Shown here: in pieces, positions 26,678-43,157 of the stretch
How the letters are laid out: the number at the start of each line of letters is the position of its first letter
How positions within the stretch are numbered: the first letter of the stretch is position 1
Source of the DNA: Octopus vulgaris
Lineage: Eukaryota
Assembly (NCBI GenBank): GCA_951406725.2
Contig: OX597824.1
Span: forward strand, 96,534,001-96,598,000
Direction: 5' to 3'
DNA: 64,000 bases
Made by a program: the position numbers and the translations under genes
Notes under the pieces: generated by a model
The model's database searches: none
What the model was told of the DNA's origin: nothing
Seen by the model: the letters and a program-made list of their open reading frames with translations, nothing else

Positions 26678-26789
26678 TAGTCCCATAGATATTGTTATTT
26701 AATAATAATTTCTTTATTTGCCACAAAAATTGTCGGTGGCTAGCTTATTGGTTCTTGTAATGTTCTCCCATCTGTCACCCTTGTGGCAA

Positions 26790-27560
26790 ACACATGGCGT
26801 CTGGCAAACGCATGGCGCCTGGAATATCGTCAAACGCTCACCGCCCTCTACCGGTCGGGCAATGTGGCCTCTAGGAGTTCTATGTTAGCTATATAGAGAG
26901 ATTTAGTGGTAGGTGAGAGCGATGACGTTCTCAGGGAATCTCTTGGCGCCGACTAAGACGCACTATCTGGTCAGCTAAGGAGGATTTTCGGACGAGTGAC
27001 TACGATGGGTAACTTGTTTGTAAATCCTTGGCCTGACAGCTTTATCGAGCGAGGATCACTACCAATGAAGCCGTACTGAACGCGCTCGGACAGCGTCCAG
27101 GCATTCCCGATTTTTGAGGACAAATCAGATTATCGGCTGAGGCTATCGTTAGGATCATCCCATAACTCTCTTTAACGAAGCAGGACTGGCGGTGTTCCTC
27201 TGTCTTGTAGCTATGGCGAAGGAGGTTGTCTGGTGGACGAGGTGGAAAGGGTTCGGGTCAGATATTTTCTTCTTCGGTCAACCTTCATCAACTTTTGTTT
27301 AAGTTCCAATTAGATAAGGGAGTGAGGATGGAGAGGGAAGTGCTGTCCCTTAAGGAATTTATCAAACGATGAATGTCTGTGGCATAAATGGTTAGGGTGT
27401 GTGGGCCTCCTTTAAGCATGCACTTGTAGACTGGAGACCAACTGTTGGTCAAGAGGTTGTGCACTTGGTGGTCAGGGTGGTCCTGGATCTGTGAGGTTTC
27501 TTGACTGGACTGAGTTGGAGGTTCTCCTACATCAGGACTGCGCTATGTTCGTGTGCATTG
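26790..27560 (+). mobile_element. 3' fragment of an L1/Tx1-like LINE ORF2
   Basis: Degenerate translation ...IRLSAEAIVRII...AVFLCLVAMAKEVVWWTRWKG...VRMEREVLSLKEFIKR*MSVA*MVRV, with many stops. LINE-tail-like tgtggcaaataaagaaat lies inverted just upstream at about 26706-26730. Confidence 0.55.
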
Positions 27561-27593
27561 TATGTAACCATAGATAAATGTGTATGAATAACT

Positions 27594-27855
27594 ATCCATC
27601 CATCCATCCATCCATCCATCCACCCATCCAAAACCTACCCACCCACCCATGCACTCATCCATCCATCCACCCATCCATCCATCCATCCATCCATCCATCC
27701 ACCCATCCAAAACCTACCCACCCACCCATGCACTCATCCATCCATCCATCCATCCATCCATCCATCCATCCATCCATCCACCCATCCAAAACCTACCCAC
27801 CCACCCATGCACTCATCCATCCATCCATCCACCCAAGCCACCCATCCATCCATCC
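27594..27855. repeat. Higher-order minisatellite built on (CATC)n
   Basis: The unit (catc)n-cacccatccaaaacctacccacccacccatgcact is repeated 3 times. Confidence 0.9.
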
Positions 27856-28773
27856 GTCTGTCTGTCTATGTATACACGTTCATTCATAGTTATAATACAA
27901 GCACATCTCACATTAATTAAGCGATTTAGGTGTGTGTTTGTGTGTATGAATATATGTATGACTGAATACATGTGTGTGTGTGTGTTTGTACGTCTGCTCA
28001 TAAAGTAAATATGTTAGCGAACTCTACTCCCACCCCCCAAAATAATGTTTACAGTGAAGTATTAGAGAGCGCACGAAGAGAGGTCGTGATTACAGACAGC
28101 AGGGTGTGTTTTAATCATGTGCGTGTATGTATGAGTGTGCCTGTATGTGTTGTGTGTATGTGTATGGAGCGGCGTATGTCTACGTATGGAGTGGTGAGGG
28201 TGTTGTGTGTGTGTATAGAATGGTGGTAACGAGTTATTGAGGATGTGAGTAAGGGTGTGCATTGTGAGCCGCCATCACTTTAGTTCTTTAGATGCCATTA
28301 AGAAAGTTCCCCCACTTCTTTCACACCACAAAATGCTACTCGGACGATTTTAGTGGACTTCACTCTTCAGTGAGTCTTCGAGAATCGCTCTGTCCACAGT
28401 TCTTCACACAAGTTTCGATTTGAAAGCGTTTCGGTCACAGATTCGCCATTCTTGTTGGGCGGGGAGCTTCAAAGATCAATGGGACGACAGCCTCTTCTCT
28501 GAATAACTTTTTGAAATAACAATAAGACACATACATGTATACAGACACACTGGGCACACATACACAAACACACACAGACACATACACACAAGTCCAACAC
28601 AAGTACATAAGTGCAGACAAGGAGAGTAGCCAGCACTCGGAGGAAGAATGTTATACAATTGTAATTGTATTCGAATTTCACAATAGCGATCATTAGACTT
28701 TTTATCGAGTTTGAAGACCGGCAACATGAAATTCGAATAACCAGAATGAAGGTGCCAGTTTTTACAGTTATAG

Positions 28774-28852
<79 letters not shown>

Positions 28853-29249
28853 CCAATTCAGGAAGATGGCTTTGATGCGTTAAAAGATCTGTTCTATTCT
28901 TTACATTCTGACGTCAACACGCGACAAAACTGGTGCCATGGTATCCTCACTTTTCTCATCACAGAACGAGCCAGGTTTCTGTAAGAAGCCTGCGAAACTT
29001 TAAGTACCATTGAACCAAATTAAATACATGCCTTCCATAAAAGAAAACTCGACTTGGCCTACGCTTTGGAGAGCTTTCCAGATGCAGAGACCTTTGGTCA
29101 GCCATGATCGAAGAAGCCCCTTACACCTCTCCTTCTACACGTAAACGTGCATGAATGATTGTATGTATGTGCACACGGTGCGTACATGCGGGGGCATAAG
29201 AGCAGATAAAATGGAGAAAATAGTACTCAAATACCAAAGATAGACTTAA

Positions 29250-29425
29250 GACTGTTGAAGTTGAAATCCTTGAAAACGGTTGCTCCAAGTTTCAACCGAT
29301 CGATCTTCAGACACAAATGAACTTCTGGATCGGAATTCATCTAAAAGTGTATTTCTGTCTGACGATTGGTAACCTGACACTCGCAAAAACGGTTTGTGAA
29401 GTTTTTCGCTTCTATAAAGACAGTT
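29250..29425. mobile_element. Diverged head-to-head hammerhead-like pair
   Basis: Minus arm tgt-CTGAAGA-TCGATCGGTT-GAAAC (29310-29289) and plus arm tgt-CTGACGA-TTGGTAACCT-GACAC (29359-29380). There is a central hairpin atgaacttctg/cggaattcat. Confidence 0.5.
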
Positions 29426-29658
29426 TGTGTCTCTGTGTGTATGTATATATGTATATTAATGTATGTATGTATGTATGTATGTATGTATGTATGTATGTAT
29501 GTATGTATGTATGTATGTATGTATGTATGTATGTGTGTATGTATGTATGTATGTATGTATGTATGTGTGTATGTATGTGTATATGTATATATATATATAT
29601 ATATATATACATATATACATATATATACATATTCATATATATATGTGTATATATTTAA

Positions 29659-29701
<43 letters not shown>

Positions 29702-29706
29702 TATTC

Positions 29707-29737
<31 letters not shown>

Positions 29738-29789
29738 CACATATACATATACATATTCATATATATATCTTTGTATACATACATACATG

Positions 29790-29843
<54 letters not shown>

Positions 29844-30162
29844 CGCTGCTGCTGCCGCACCCTATATACAGTACACCTGCCTCACACATTGATCTTCAAA
29901 AACCATTCACTAAAAATCAATCAGTCTCGCAGACACCCAGTGTTCTCCCTTCCTGTTCCCCCGACCCTTCTCCCTCACCGCCATCAATTATTTCGCCATT
30001 AATTACAGTTTTTTTTGTTTGCTTTAAAGGTTTAATTAATTATTTTATTAATTCTTTTGATTAGTTACTTCCATTTTTTTTTGTTTACACATAGGCACAC
30101 ACACACACACACACAGATATACATATACACAAATATGTGCCTATTACGTACAGAAATGAACG

Positions 30163-30215
<53 letters not shown>

Positions 30216-30286
30216 ATCTATCTATCTATCTGTCTATCTATCCATCTATCTATCTGTCTGTCTATCAGTCTATCTATCTACATATC

Positions 30287-30352
<66 letters not shown>

Positions 30353-30587
30353 CTCTTCCCCTTTTTTCCTCTTTTTTCTTCTTTTTTCATTTTTCTTTTC
30401 TTTTGTTCCTTTTCCCTTTTTTCTTTTTTTTCCTTTCCTTTTTTTCTTTTTTTTTTGTCCTTTTTTCCCTTTTACGATCTCTTTTGATCGAAAACCTACG
30501 CCACCTTTTTTTTTCTCCCCCCAAAAGAAAAGCTCTACCTTGTAACTTGTCCCATCTGGGTGCAGCCCTGTGTGGCCAATAAAGAAA

Positions 30588-30810
<223 letters not shown>

Positions 30811-31552
30811 ACGATGCATCCTGGCCTTTGAGGCGTTGTTAGGGGCGCGTAAAAGGCTCCCGGCCACACACTCGAATGAGCATTCGGCATTACTGATATT
30901 GGAAAAAGGTAATAGCACTTTAACTGACGTTGCAAATAGCTGTCGGGCTGAATCAAATTCCGGTATTCATCATGGAGGATACATGTACATACATACATAC
31001 ACTCACACATACATACATACATACATGCAAAAATACCCTGTTGTTGATGTTGAAATTCCAATGAATCTAGGTTAGAAACCAGCTCTTTCTCTGTAGGCAA
31101 GAAATCTTGAAGTAAAACTGAACAATGACATACATACAAACATATATATACATATATGCATACATATGTATGCATATATATAAATGCACACGTATATATA
31201 GATACATAAGTGTATCTATATACACGAATATGGAAGGTTATGCATATTTGATAAGCTCTATATAAACAGTGTCTACACACAGAAGACAAACGTGACGAAA
31301 AGCAGAGAAGGGTTTAACAAAAGATAGAAAACAAAAAGACCAGTACCGCTCCTCATGCATGTATGTGTGTGTGCGTGTGTGTGTGTGTGTGTGTTTGTAT
31401 ACCGATATCTATCTATCCATCTATCTATCTACAAACATACACTCATACATATATACAAATATACATATATATATATATAGTATAAACAAGATTCAGTTGA
31501 ATAATGTACTTATATGTGTGTGTGTGTGTGTATGTGTGTGTATGTACATACG

Positions 31553-31890
31553 CTTTTATTCTTTTACTTGTTTCAGTCATTTGACTGTGGTCATGCTGGA
31601 GCACCACCTTTAGTCGAGCAAATCGATCCCAGGACTTATTCTTTGTAAGCCTGGTACTTATTCAATCGGTGTCTTTTGCCTAACCGCTAAGTTACGGGGA
31701 TGTAAACGCACCAGCATCGGTTGTCAAGACACACAAACATTTACACACACATACGTACATACGGGTTTCCGTCTACCAAATCCACTCACAAGGTTTTGGT
31801 CGGTTCCAGGCTTTAGTAGACACTTGCCCAAGGTGCCACGCAGTGGGGCTGAACCCGGAACCATGTAGTTGGCGAGGAAGCTACTTGCCA
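31553..31890 (-). mobile_element. SINE family A copy
   Basis: Reverse complement of the 12093 element. Further copies lie at about 17053-17168, 32518-32720, 35328-35415, 45235-45487, 47195-47415 and 52655-53005. Confidence 0.8.
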
Positions 31891-32162
31891 CACACACACA
31901 CACACACACATACACACACACACATGTACAGATTTCTATATCTGTGTGTATATAAACACGCACACACACGCACACACACATATGTATACATACAAACACA
32001 CACATACACACACACACACATATATATATAGACATACGAGTATCTGTAGATATATTGATAAAGATATTAGTCGATAAGTCATAAAGAAAGTCGGATTATC
32101 AGGTGAGATGAGGAAAACAATGAAAGCCACAACGCACAGCAAAGAGATTTGCTTGAAATAGA

Positions 32163-32194
<32 letters not shown>

Positions 32195-32343
32195 GGCACT
32201 GCACACATCCTACGCAGAACACTTTCCATACAATAATCATCAGAGCATCACAACAAATCACAGCACATACCCAAGGCACACAGAGCTGCGCTCGGTAGTG
32301 AAGTGAAAGCACGCTATAAAAATAAAACTACTGAATAATAATG

Positions 32344-32409
<66 letters not shown>

Positions 32410-32724
32410 GATGAATATGAATATAAATAATAAAAAAATATAGGAAGAAGGAAGGCAGATAATGAACGTTTGGTCATGTAAATCATCTGTCTGTACACAC
32501 ACACACACACACACATCCTTTTATTCTTTTACTGTGGCCATGCTGGAGCAGCGCCTTCAGTCGAATAGATTGCCTCACCCCCACCCCGACGACTTATTCT
32601 TTGTAAGCCTGGTATTTATTCTATCATTCTCTTTTGCCGAACCTCTAAGTTACGAGGACGTAAACACACCAAGATTGGTTGTCAGGTGGGGGTGACAAAC
32701 ACAGACACTCAAACACATACACAC

Positions 32725-32775
<51 letters not shown>

Positions 32776-32977
32776 ATCTATCTATATCATACATATATGT
32801 ATACCCATGTCTATATGTGTGTGTATGTGTGTGCGTGTGTGTGTGTGGTTGTATCTGATTACAGGTGGATATATAGACTATATACACGAGCTGGAATATG
32901 ATTGTTTACACACGGCCAATCTTCAATGACAATTCATTGATAATTCCACCATAAGGAAGACTATTTCTATAGATCCC

Positions 32978-33040
<63 letters not shown>

Positions 33041-33046
33041 ACTTAT

Positions 33047-33085
<39 letters not shown>

Positions 33086-34019
33086 CACAGACACATAGAC
33101 AAAAATACACACATACCCAAAAATACACACAAACACATACGCCCACAAACACACACACAAACATACACACACCGAAGCACCCACTTACACACGCACACAC
33201 CCCACGTACACAGCGCCCTGCTCCCTCCGGTTGGGACACAATAAATGACAACACATTGTTGTGTTAATAGCTTTGTTCCTGTTGTTTGTTTTATTTCACT
33301 TTCTTTGCGGCTTTTTTCCTCTCTTTTCGCTGATCGTCCTTCGTTTCCGGTTTATTCTGCTCTTCTCTCTCCCTCTCACTTTCTCTCACCACCCCTGACT
33401 CTCTTTCCTTCACTGCCTCTCAATCTTCCTTTTATTCTTTCATTCTTTCGTCATTCTTTTCCTTCTCACTTTCTGGCCTTTTATTTCTAAATCTATACAT
33501 TGTGTGTTTTTATTCATATTTTCAATTGTTTTACTTTCATTGTTCCTTATTTCCTTTCTTCTTCTTTCTCGTCGCTCCCTCCTTCTTTTGCTCCTCCATG
33601 ATCACCTTCGCCGTCGTCGTAGCCGTCGTCGTCGTCGCCGTCGTCTGTCACGTGACCCTGTTCTAGATGCTTCCAGTGTTTCCTTCTGTTTTCCATTTTA
33701 AGCATCAGTAAAATTCTCTTAATGATTCTCCTTGTTAATTCGTCGATGACGTTTCCTCAGGACCGTAGTATATTTTATAAATGCTTGGCGACCACAAATA
33801 CCCAGAGAACACACACACACCCCTACCTATATTATTGTCCTAACCATTTTATTATTTTTACCAAGCCCTCTTCTAAAAGTTTTGCCCTTTCCCAATATAG
33901 GTTCGCTACACTCTCGAAATTTTCTTTTTCCTTTATATATTTGTCCATATTCGCATATGTATATAGTATGGGTACTCCCGTACACACATACACACACCTA
34001 CCCCACCTCATATATATTT

Positions 34020-34187
34020 AGTTGAAATTTACAGAAAAACAAAAGACGAAGACAGGTGCATAAACAACAAGCAGGTGTATTAGTCTGACTCTCGGGAAGG
34101 TGATAAAGTCTTTTACGTTTCGAGCCTACGCTCTTCAACAGAGAGAAACAACACGAGGAAATAAACAGAGAGAGAATAAAATGGAGA

Positions 34188-34190
<3 letters not shown>
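34020..34190 (-). mobile_element. Short (TA)n-flanked element with a hammerhead variant (CUGUUGA core)
   Basis: Minus strand CTGTTGA-A-GAG(cgtagg)CTC-GAA-ACGT-A-AAAG at 34141-34110. Homologous to 22195-22430. Confidence 0.6.
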
Positions 34191-34243
<53 letters not shown>

Positions 34244-35468
34244 TGGAGGTGAAATGGTCCAAAAGACTTCCGACGATATGAGACTCGTGGCCTGCCACAA
34301 AAACGTCTTTCACTCGCATGAAAGTACTGAATGTACGAACGGCTTAAATTCAACGCCATTACTCTGAGGTGTTACAAGAAACAGAATTCTGTTTGAAGTT
34401 TCTTAGTCGAAGTGAGTTGTTTTTCTTAGAATGACAAATTTCAACAGAAATATCGGAAGTAACAAAGAGTTTAGGAAAAGTTTTTGAAGTTTTGCTTCCG
34501 GAGAGAAAGGAGAAACCTTCAAAACAAACGAATCCTTGCATCATAATAGCTGAACTATTTAGGTATGGCGGCAAGATGGTCAAACACAGAAAAGGAAAAA
34601 TGTGAGTGTGGAACTGATCCCTGTTAGTTCCTTTAATACGGGACTGGATTTGACTTCCAAACTTTTAGCAGGTATTTCTATAAGCATTTCGTAAATAATT
34701 CCAATCTCATGTTCAGATACTTCACAGAACTGATATATTTGAGTTCGAGATTAATCTCTTTCAACATAGATTCCATTTTTCAGACCCATAAAAATATTTT
34801 GTTTTCGTACTCGATATCAATATAAATTTCATGCCCTTTTATATATATATATATCAGCTATAATTCGATGTCATGTTCTTCATCTTCCACAGTGTCTGAA
34901 AGATGATGTGTGGTCGACGTAATGCTTGTTAAATCTATGCTCCAGCATACCAACATAATATTTACTTTCTATGACGTAGCTCAGCTATGAAGGGTTGACT
35001 TTCGATTCCTGTTGTACTAGTGGTTAAGAATACACGCATTGCTGCTTCTGTTAACTTCTATGTTGGCTTCTATGTTATATTTTTTCAGGCTGGGGTGCCA
35101 CTTTAACAACACCTGTAAATATGTGCACAGAGTAGCAGGTAAACGGTCAGTGTTTCTGTAGACTTTTGTTATGAATCTTGCCAGTAAGACTGCATTAATT
35201 CACTCATTGGATCTGTATGTATATTTGTGTGTGTGAGTGCTTGTTTGTTTGTTTGTTTGTGTGTGTGCATGTGTGTGTGTATGTATGTGCATGTGTGTGT
35301 GTGTAAGAAAAAACATATTTACTAACAGAGAATAAGTCCTGGGGTCGATTTGATACTGAAGGCGGTGCTCCAGCATGGACGCAGTCAAATGACTGAAACA
35401 AGTAAAAGAGTAAAGGGATATTCCTGCGTGCATTTCTTTGGGTGATGTATATACACACACACACACAT

Positions 35469-35536
<68 letters not shown>

Positions 35537-35975
35537 GTATATATATATATATACTATGTAAGTATTATGTGTATATATGTATTTATGTACGTCTAAGAAA
35601 GAGAGAGATAGAGAGATAGAGAGAGAGAGTGAGAGAGTGGCAGAGAGTGGCAGGAGAAAGATAGAATCAAAGATATGTAGAGAGGAGGAAGAGAAATAAT
35701 GTGAAAACTATGGAATTTAGTGCGACTAGTTTCTCTTCTTTCTTTCTTTCTTTCTTTCTTTCTTTCAGTCATTGTTTTAAGGTCATCCGTGTACAGCGTG
35801 TGTTTAAGCGTGCGTATATATATACACGTGTGCGTATGTATATGCGTGTGTATATGCATATAGGTGTGTATGTAAGGATTTAAATGCGTACAAATTTACG
35901 TGTGTTCGTATATATATGTATGTGTATACGAGTATGCATGTGTTTATATAGATGTTGGTCTGTGTGTGTGTGTAA

Positions 35976-36011
<36 letters not shown>

Positions 36012-36151
36012 GTACAGTGAGGTGCATGCGCACACATATATACATACATACATAGAGATATGAGCATGTTTGTCTGGTGTACGTGTTTATAAGAGTGTGT
36101 GTGTATGCATGTATGTTTATATATATATATGTATATACACATATATGTCTG

Positions 36152-36201
<50 letters not shown>

Positions 36202-36492
36202 TATATATATGTGTATATATGTATACACATACATATACATATGCATCCATATATGCGGATGTTTCTATATGAATATATATGAGCATAAACGTGCATACAT
36301 TTTATATATGTATGCATGTATGTATATATATATATATATATATACATATATAGATGTATATATATAGAAATGCGCTTGTACACATATATATGATATATAT
36401 ACATATACATATGTATATACATATATATATATATATACATATATACATACATACATACATACATGCATGCATGCATACATACACACACACAT

Positions 36493-36566
<74 letters not shown>

Positions 36567-36714
36567 GTGTTGATGTGTGGGTGTCAATGTTTCCCGCAGA
36601 AGAATTTTCGAGAGGATGGGTGAACCGGTGAATGGGCGGGGTGGCGGGTTCAATGTACGGCGAGGAAAATATCACCGAGAACAATTGCGACATTAACAAT
36701 AACAACCGCAGCTT

Positions 36715-36753
<39 letters not shown>

Positions 36754-37457
36754 TAGTTGCTGCTGCTGCTACCACTATGTTTTATCTCCTCCCCCGCTCT
36801 CTCCCTCTCGGTATAAAGTCTTCGCCACTAGTATACCCGTGGTGTCAAAAGCGACGTCAGTTTTACCAATGATAGAAAATGGTGCATCAAAACAATGCAT
36901 ATATAAAAGAACTCCTTTTCCATGCTCATACGAATCAGATTTTCGTGCAGCCAGATCGCTTTCCAGTTACTAACCACCCTCACCACCCGTTTACATGTAA
37001 AGTAATATTTCTCCATACCCAGACATCATCACGTGGGAGGTTGAAAACAAAGCAGACCTCTAGCATGACAGTGACACTCGCTTACAACTATTGGCTGATG
37101 CAATGAATTGCAGTAGTGCCGGAATAGAAAATCTTTGACCAGCTGAAATTATTTAAGCAATTAGAGGGGTATGTTTAAAATCTGAAAGCAACAAAGCGAC
37201 GGTGATAAGATCATTGGAGAGGAATTTGGGGTCAATGTAACTGATCTAAACTGAAATGGATTTGCTCAGTAAAACCATCTGATGGAGGCAATGAAAAGAT
37301 ACGTTGACCTTAGTTGACCTCCTCCGCGAAGCACATACTACTCAGTTGGCAAGTCTAAAGTTAACATACACATGTGTATATGTATGTATAAGTGTGAGTG
37401 CGTGTGATTCCTGTGGTGTAAAAAATCTCACTTTATGAAAATGGGATTGTAAAAGAA

Positions 37458-37610
<153 letters not shown>

Positions 37611-38206
37611 TGGAGAGAAGGTGGGGAACAGAACGTTGTAACGGTGATTATGGCTACCAACAATATGACAGGGAAAATACCTGACAGGATCATTCTCCAT
37701 GTTAAACACATGTAGGACTTTACAGATTTAATAAGGAAAGTAGCAAGTAACGATAATTAATTGAGATTATCCAAATAATTAAATGGCGAGTAAAAACAAC
37801 AGCCACATCTCCCTCAAATACATCCTGGATAATGTAGTCCGAGATACACCGCTTGAATAAAAGACGGGATGGTTATAGAACACCTTTCGCCATAAGTCTA
37901 CAAAATTAGTCCTGGCCTAGGGTTAAAAAGCAACAACAATAACAACAATCCCATCACAGCATAAACATAGCGCAAACAGGTTGGATTTGATCCATCTTTT
38001 TTTTTTCATATTTTTCTTTTCGATTGGTTGTTGTTGTTTTAATGAAAGGTCAGTTATGTGCAAGGGAGAGAAAGGAAGAGGTAGAAAGGGTGTAGATAAG
38101 AGAGAGGTGAAAGAGAGAAAGATAAGAAGAGAGAGAGAGAGAGAGAGAGAGGAGGAGAGGGAGCGAGAGAGGGATTGTATGGAAGGTTAAAAATAAAATA
38201 ACTTAC

Positions 38207-38248
38207 CTGTAGTCGCAATAGTCAACATCCAGAGCACAAGAACTGAGT
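38207..38248 (-). CDS. 42-nt internal microexon of the same gene (LSSCALDVDYCDYS)
   Basis: Minus strand reads ttttctttacag|ACTCAGTTCTTGTGCTCTGGATGTTGACTATTGCGACTACAG|gtaagt, with consensus acceptor and donor and a length divisible by 3. In phase 2 it is open, and its final AG plus the first T of the 9471 exon makes AGT (Ser), giving DYCDYS-SDVGDE. Confidence 0.7.
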
Positions 38249-38545
38249 CTGTAAAGAAAAATTAGAATATAGATATGTGGATATATGAAAGAAGAGAGTT
38301 GTAGTTCGCTTGAATCATTGTACTATAGGAGAAGAATAATGAAAGAAGGAAAATATCTGACAATGCAGAAAGTTTAAAATATAGAAGAACGATTTGAAAT
38401 TATTTTTTACACACACACAGACAAACATTGAGGTGGATTCAATCTTTTGAACAAGCAATGTCTACCTACCTACCTACCTACCTACCTACCTACCTACCTA
38501 CCTACCTACCTACCTACCTACCTACCTACCTACCTACCTACCTGC

Positions 38546-38617
<72 letters not shown>

Positions 38618-38820
38618 ACATCCAGACACGCGCGCGCACACAGACACAGACGTGTGTGTGTGTGTTGTGTATGTATCCGGAAGCATGTAATCTCCAGTGA
38701 ACTTATTAAGTTCACAACCAGTCATATTCTTGAATTTTACAAACATCCATACACACATAGATATATCAATATATATTTTTACATACATACATGCATACAT
38801 GCATACATGCATACATAAAT

Positions 38821-38873
<53 letters not shown>

Positions 38874-38935
38874 TTCATTTTTATATCAAGTTATATATAA
38901 AAAACATTAACAGTAACTGGAGGATTATGTTAAAT

Positions 38936-39004
38936 TGCTTTTAGTAGCATACATATTTATTAAACTTTTTCAAGAAAAAGTTAAACAGTGACTTCGAATT
39001 GTCT

Positions 39005-39036
<32 letters not shown>

Positions 39037-39187
39037 TGTATGTATGTATGTGTGTGCATGTGTTTGCGTATGTATGTGTTTCAGTCTTATTCTTTCTGTT
39101 TTCCTTGCATTGGATTGATGCTTTTAGTAGCATACATATTTATTAAACTTTTTCAAGAAAAAGTTAAACAGTGACTTCGAATTGTCT

Positions 39188-39219
<32 letters not shown>

Positions 39220-39309
39220 TGTATGTATGTATGTATGTATGTGTGTGCATGTGTTTGCGTATGTGTGTGTTTCAGTCTTATTCTTTCTGTTTTCCTTGCA
39301 TTGGATTGA
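38936..39309 (+). repeat. About 185-bp tandem duplication
   Basis: tgcttttagtagcatac...ttgcattggattga occurs twice in tandem, differing mainly in (TATG)n length. Confidence 0.9.
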
Positions 39310-40355
39310 CCAACAGCAAATATTAATTTAAAGACCTCCCGATCATCATTTCATAAAATGGATTTACAAAATTATTTGAGTTGGTTTACGGTATTAATAT
39401 GGCCAACCACGAACGCTAGAAACCAAAAGCAGAAACCTGAGCATATAACTCCCGCGCCATGTTTAATTCTAAATGGCAAAATAAGGCTTAAAATGAATGG
39501 AAGTTTTTTTCCATGGGCATTTGAATTCGTGTAAGAATTGACTACGAACTACAAATGCAGTCTAGATCAAGAAGAAAGGGAAAATGGTGGACTGCTTTCA
39601 GCTTTCATTTTCTGCCTCGTTCTGATTCAGAAAGCTATTGACTGGGACGATACATTCTTTATCTCACTCCCGCTCGCTCGCGCTCTCTCGTAGTCTTTCT
39701 GGTTTGAGAAACACAAAACTCTTATCACCCACGCAGGTAAATAAGTAAATATATTATATAAAATTCAGTTTTGCACTGATGAAATCAATAAACGTCAACA
39801 TCCATAACAACAATTGGAATAATATTACCATTAATAAAAAGATATAAAATAGATTTGACATAATTCTCGCCCACAAAAGGCAAAATCAACGTTAATGAAG
39901 GAGACAAATACGTTTATATATATATATATACATAAATATATACACACGTAGGTGCATACACACTAGTGTGTGAGTGTATGTATGTATATATTTGTATATA
40001 CTTACAGCCACACACAGACACACATATATATAAATTTTTATGCGTGAAAGGTATCTATGTGTGTAGGTGTGCATATATGTGTATGTGTGTGTATGCATAT
40101 GTGTGTATTTGTGTGTATGCGTGCAATTAAGTTTATCGAGTAAAGATTTATCGTTGACAGTCACAGCAAGAGTCTCGCGAAAGACTCTATCACCGTGACC
40201 AACCATTTATTGTAGTGCCGCAGAAATATCTCTTGAAGTCTTCACGCATTATGCACGCTACAAACACACATACATACATCTATACGTATATAATTGCACA
40301 CACATACACATATCAGCTCACACACGTATGCATATCTATCTATGTATCTATGTAC

Positions 40356-40387
<32 letters not shown>

Positions 40388-40854
40388 ACCTATCTATCTG
40401 TCTATATGGAGAGCGAGAGTATTTCCCTCCACGGTTTATGAATTCTCTGTACTTAAACCCCCGCCGAAGGCTATAAACCTCCCTCATTTGTCTCCGCCGT
40501 CATGTATGTATGTATGTATGTATGTATGTATGTATGTATGTATGTATGTATGTATGTATGTATGTATGTATGTATGTATGTATGTATGTATGTATGTATG
40601 TATGTATGTGTGTATGTATGTATGTATGTGTGTGTGTATGTATGTATGTATGTGTGTATGTATGTATGTATGTATGTATGTATGTATGTATATGCATGTT
40701 TGCATGTATGCATGCATATATATATATATATATATATGTATATGACTGAAAATTAGAAGCTTCGAGTGACCCGTCTGTTTTTTTTTGTGTCGTCTCTTTG
40801 TGTGTTTTTGTGTTCTTGTCCCACTTTGTAATTTATATTTTATATTTAATTTAT

Positions 40855-40926
<72 letters not shown>

Positions 40927-40997
40927 ATAGTAATGGTAAGAACAAATGAATGAGACTTCGATAATTATGTAAATAGCGGAATATTACAGATATATAA

Positions 40998-41066
<69 letters not shown>

Positions 41067-41142
41067 CGTATATGTATACGTGTATACATACATTTACACA
41101 CATACACACACACATATCTATCTATCTATCTATCTATCTATA

Positions 41143-41233
<91 letters not shown>

Positions 41234-41722
41234 TGGACGCATATGTATACATATTTGTATACTTATATATATATGTATATATATATTTACATACATATAC
41301 ATACATACATATACTTATAGACAGATGTATATGTGTATATATATTTATACGTGTGTGTGTGTACATATAGCTACTTGTCTAGTCATTTTAGTCATGTTTT
41401 TTCTTGGCCAATCGTGAAGTATGGCGTTGTCCTCGTTTACAATTTCAACATGTCTGACACCAGGCGGTGTCTGTGTGTCGACGGCAAGTGACTTCGTTAA
41501 GAGAAACACCGTTGTGAATTCTCTCGCTTCCTATTCCGATGTGTCGCATGTAAAAGATACGAAGCACACACAGACACACAGACAGACACACGCGTACACT
41601 AACGCAAGCACATGAACACATACACATGTACATGTACCCATTCATGCGCACAGTCATATACACACACACTCACATACACATACAAACACATATATATATA
41701 CATATACCCACACTCATATATG

Positions 41723-42409
<687 letters not shown>

Positions 42410-42410
<1 letters not shown>

Positions 42411-42610
42411 AGTTAATCCAAACATGAAAACACAACAACGCGAGGACGTGGAACAAATATAGTGTTATTGGACGCTCAGGAAAGAAGGAAAGAAGGAAGA
42501 TTAAACGTTTCGAGTGGAGCTCATCGTCGGAAACATAGGAAAAGGAAAGATCCAGAGAAGGGAAGACGGAGGGAAAAAAATCGCCAACGGTACACATGCG
42601 GTCACATTTA
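42410..42610 (-). mobile_element. Short (TA)n-flanked element with a hammerhead variant (CCGACGA core)
   Basis: Minus strand CCGACGA-T-GAG(ctcca)CTC-GAA-ACGT-T at 42530-42503. A more decayed relative lies at 45745-45940 (+; cgttgaaggaatagcgtctgaaacgtt). Confidence 0.55.
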
Positions 42611-42622
42611 TATATATAATAT

Positions 42623-42813
42623 AGGTGTAGGAGTGGCTGTGTAGTAAGTAGCTTGCTTACGAACCACATGGTTCCAGGTTCAGTCCCATTGCGTAGCACC
42701 ATGGGTAAGTGTCTTCTACTATAGCCACGGGCCGACCAAAGCCTTGTCAGTGGATCTGATAGACACAAAAAATGAACTAAGCCCGTCGTATATATATGTA
42801 TATATATATATAC

Positions 42814-42845
<32 letters not shown>

Positions 42846-43045
42846 ATTCGTGTGTCTTTATTTGGCCCCCCCCCTGCCTTGACAACCGATGTTTACGTCC
42901 CCGTAACTTAGCGGTTCGGCAACAGAGACCGATAGAATAAGTACTAGGCTTACAAAGAATATGTCCTGGGGTCGATTTGTTCGACTAAAGGCGTTGCTGC
43001 AGCATGGCCGCAGTCAAATGACTGAAACAAGTAAAAGAATAAGAG
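42623..43045 (+). mobile_element. SINE family A, near full length
   Basis: Same head, internal microsatellite and tail as 12093-12510. Confidence 0.85.
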
Positions 43046-43105
43046 AAATACACACACACCGACACACACACACACACATATAGAGACAGGAGAGGGAGGG
43101 AGAGA

Positions 43106-43157
<52 letters not shown>

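Noticed and set aside
27594-27855. Repeat-spacer-like array (CRISPR-like)
   Set aside because: The spacers are just (CATC)n, the context is eukaryotic and there are no cas genes. It is a minisatellite.
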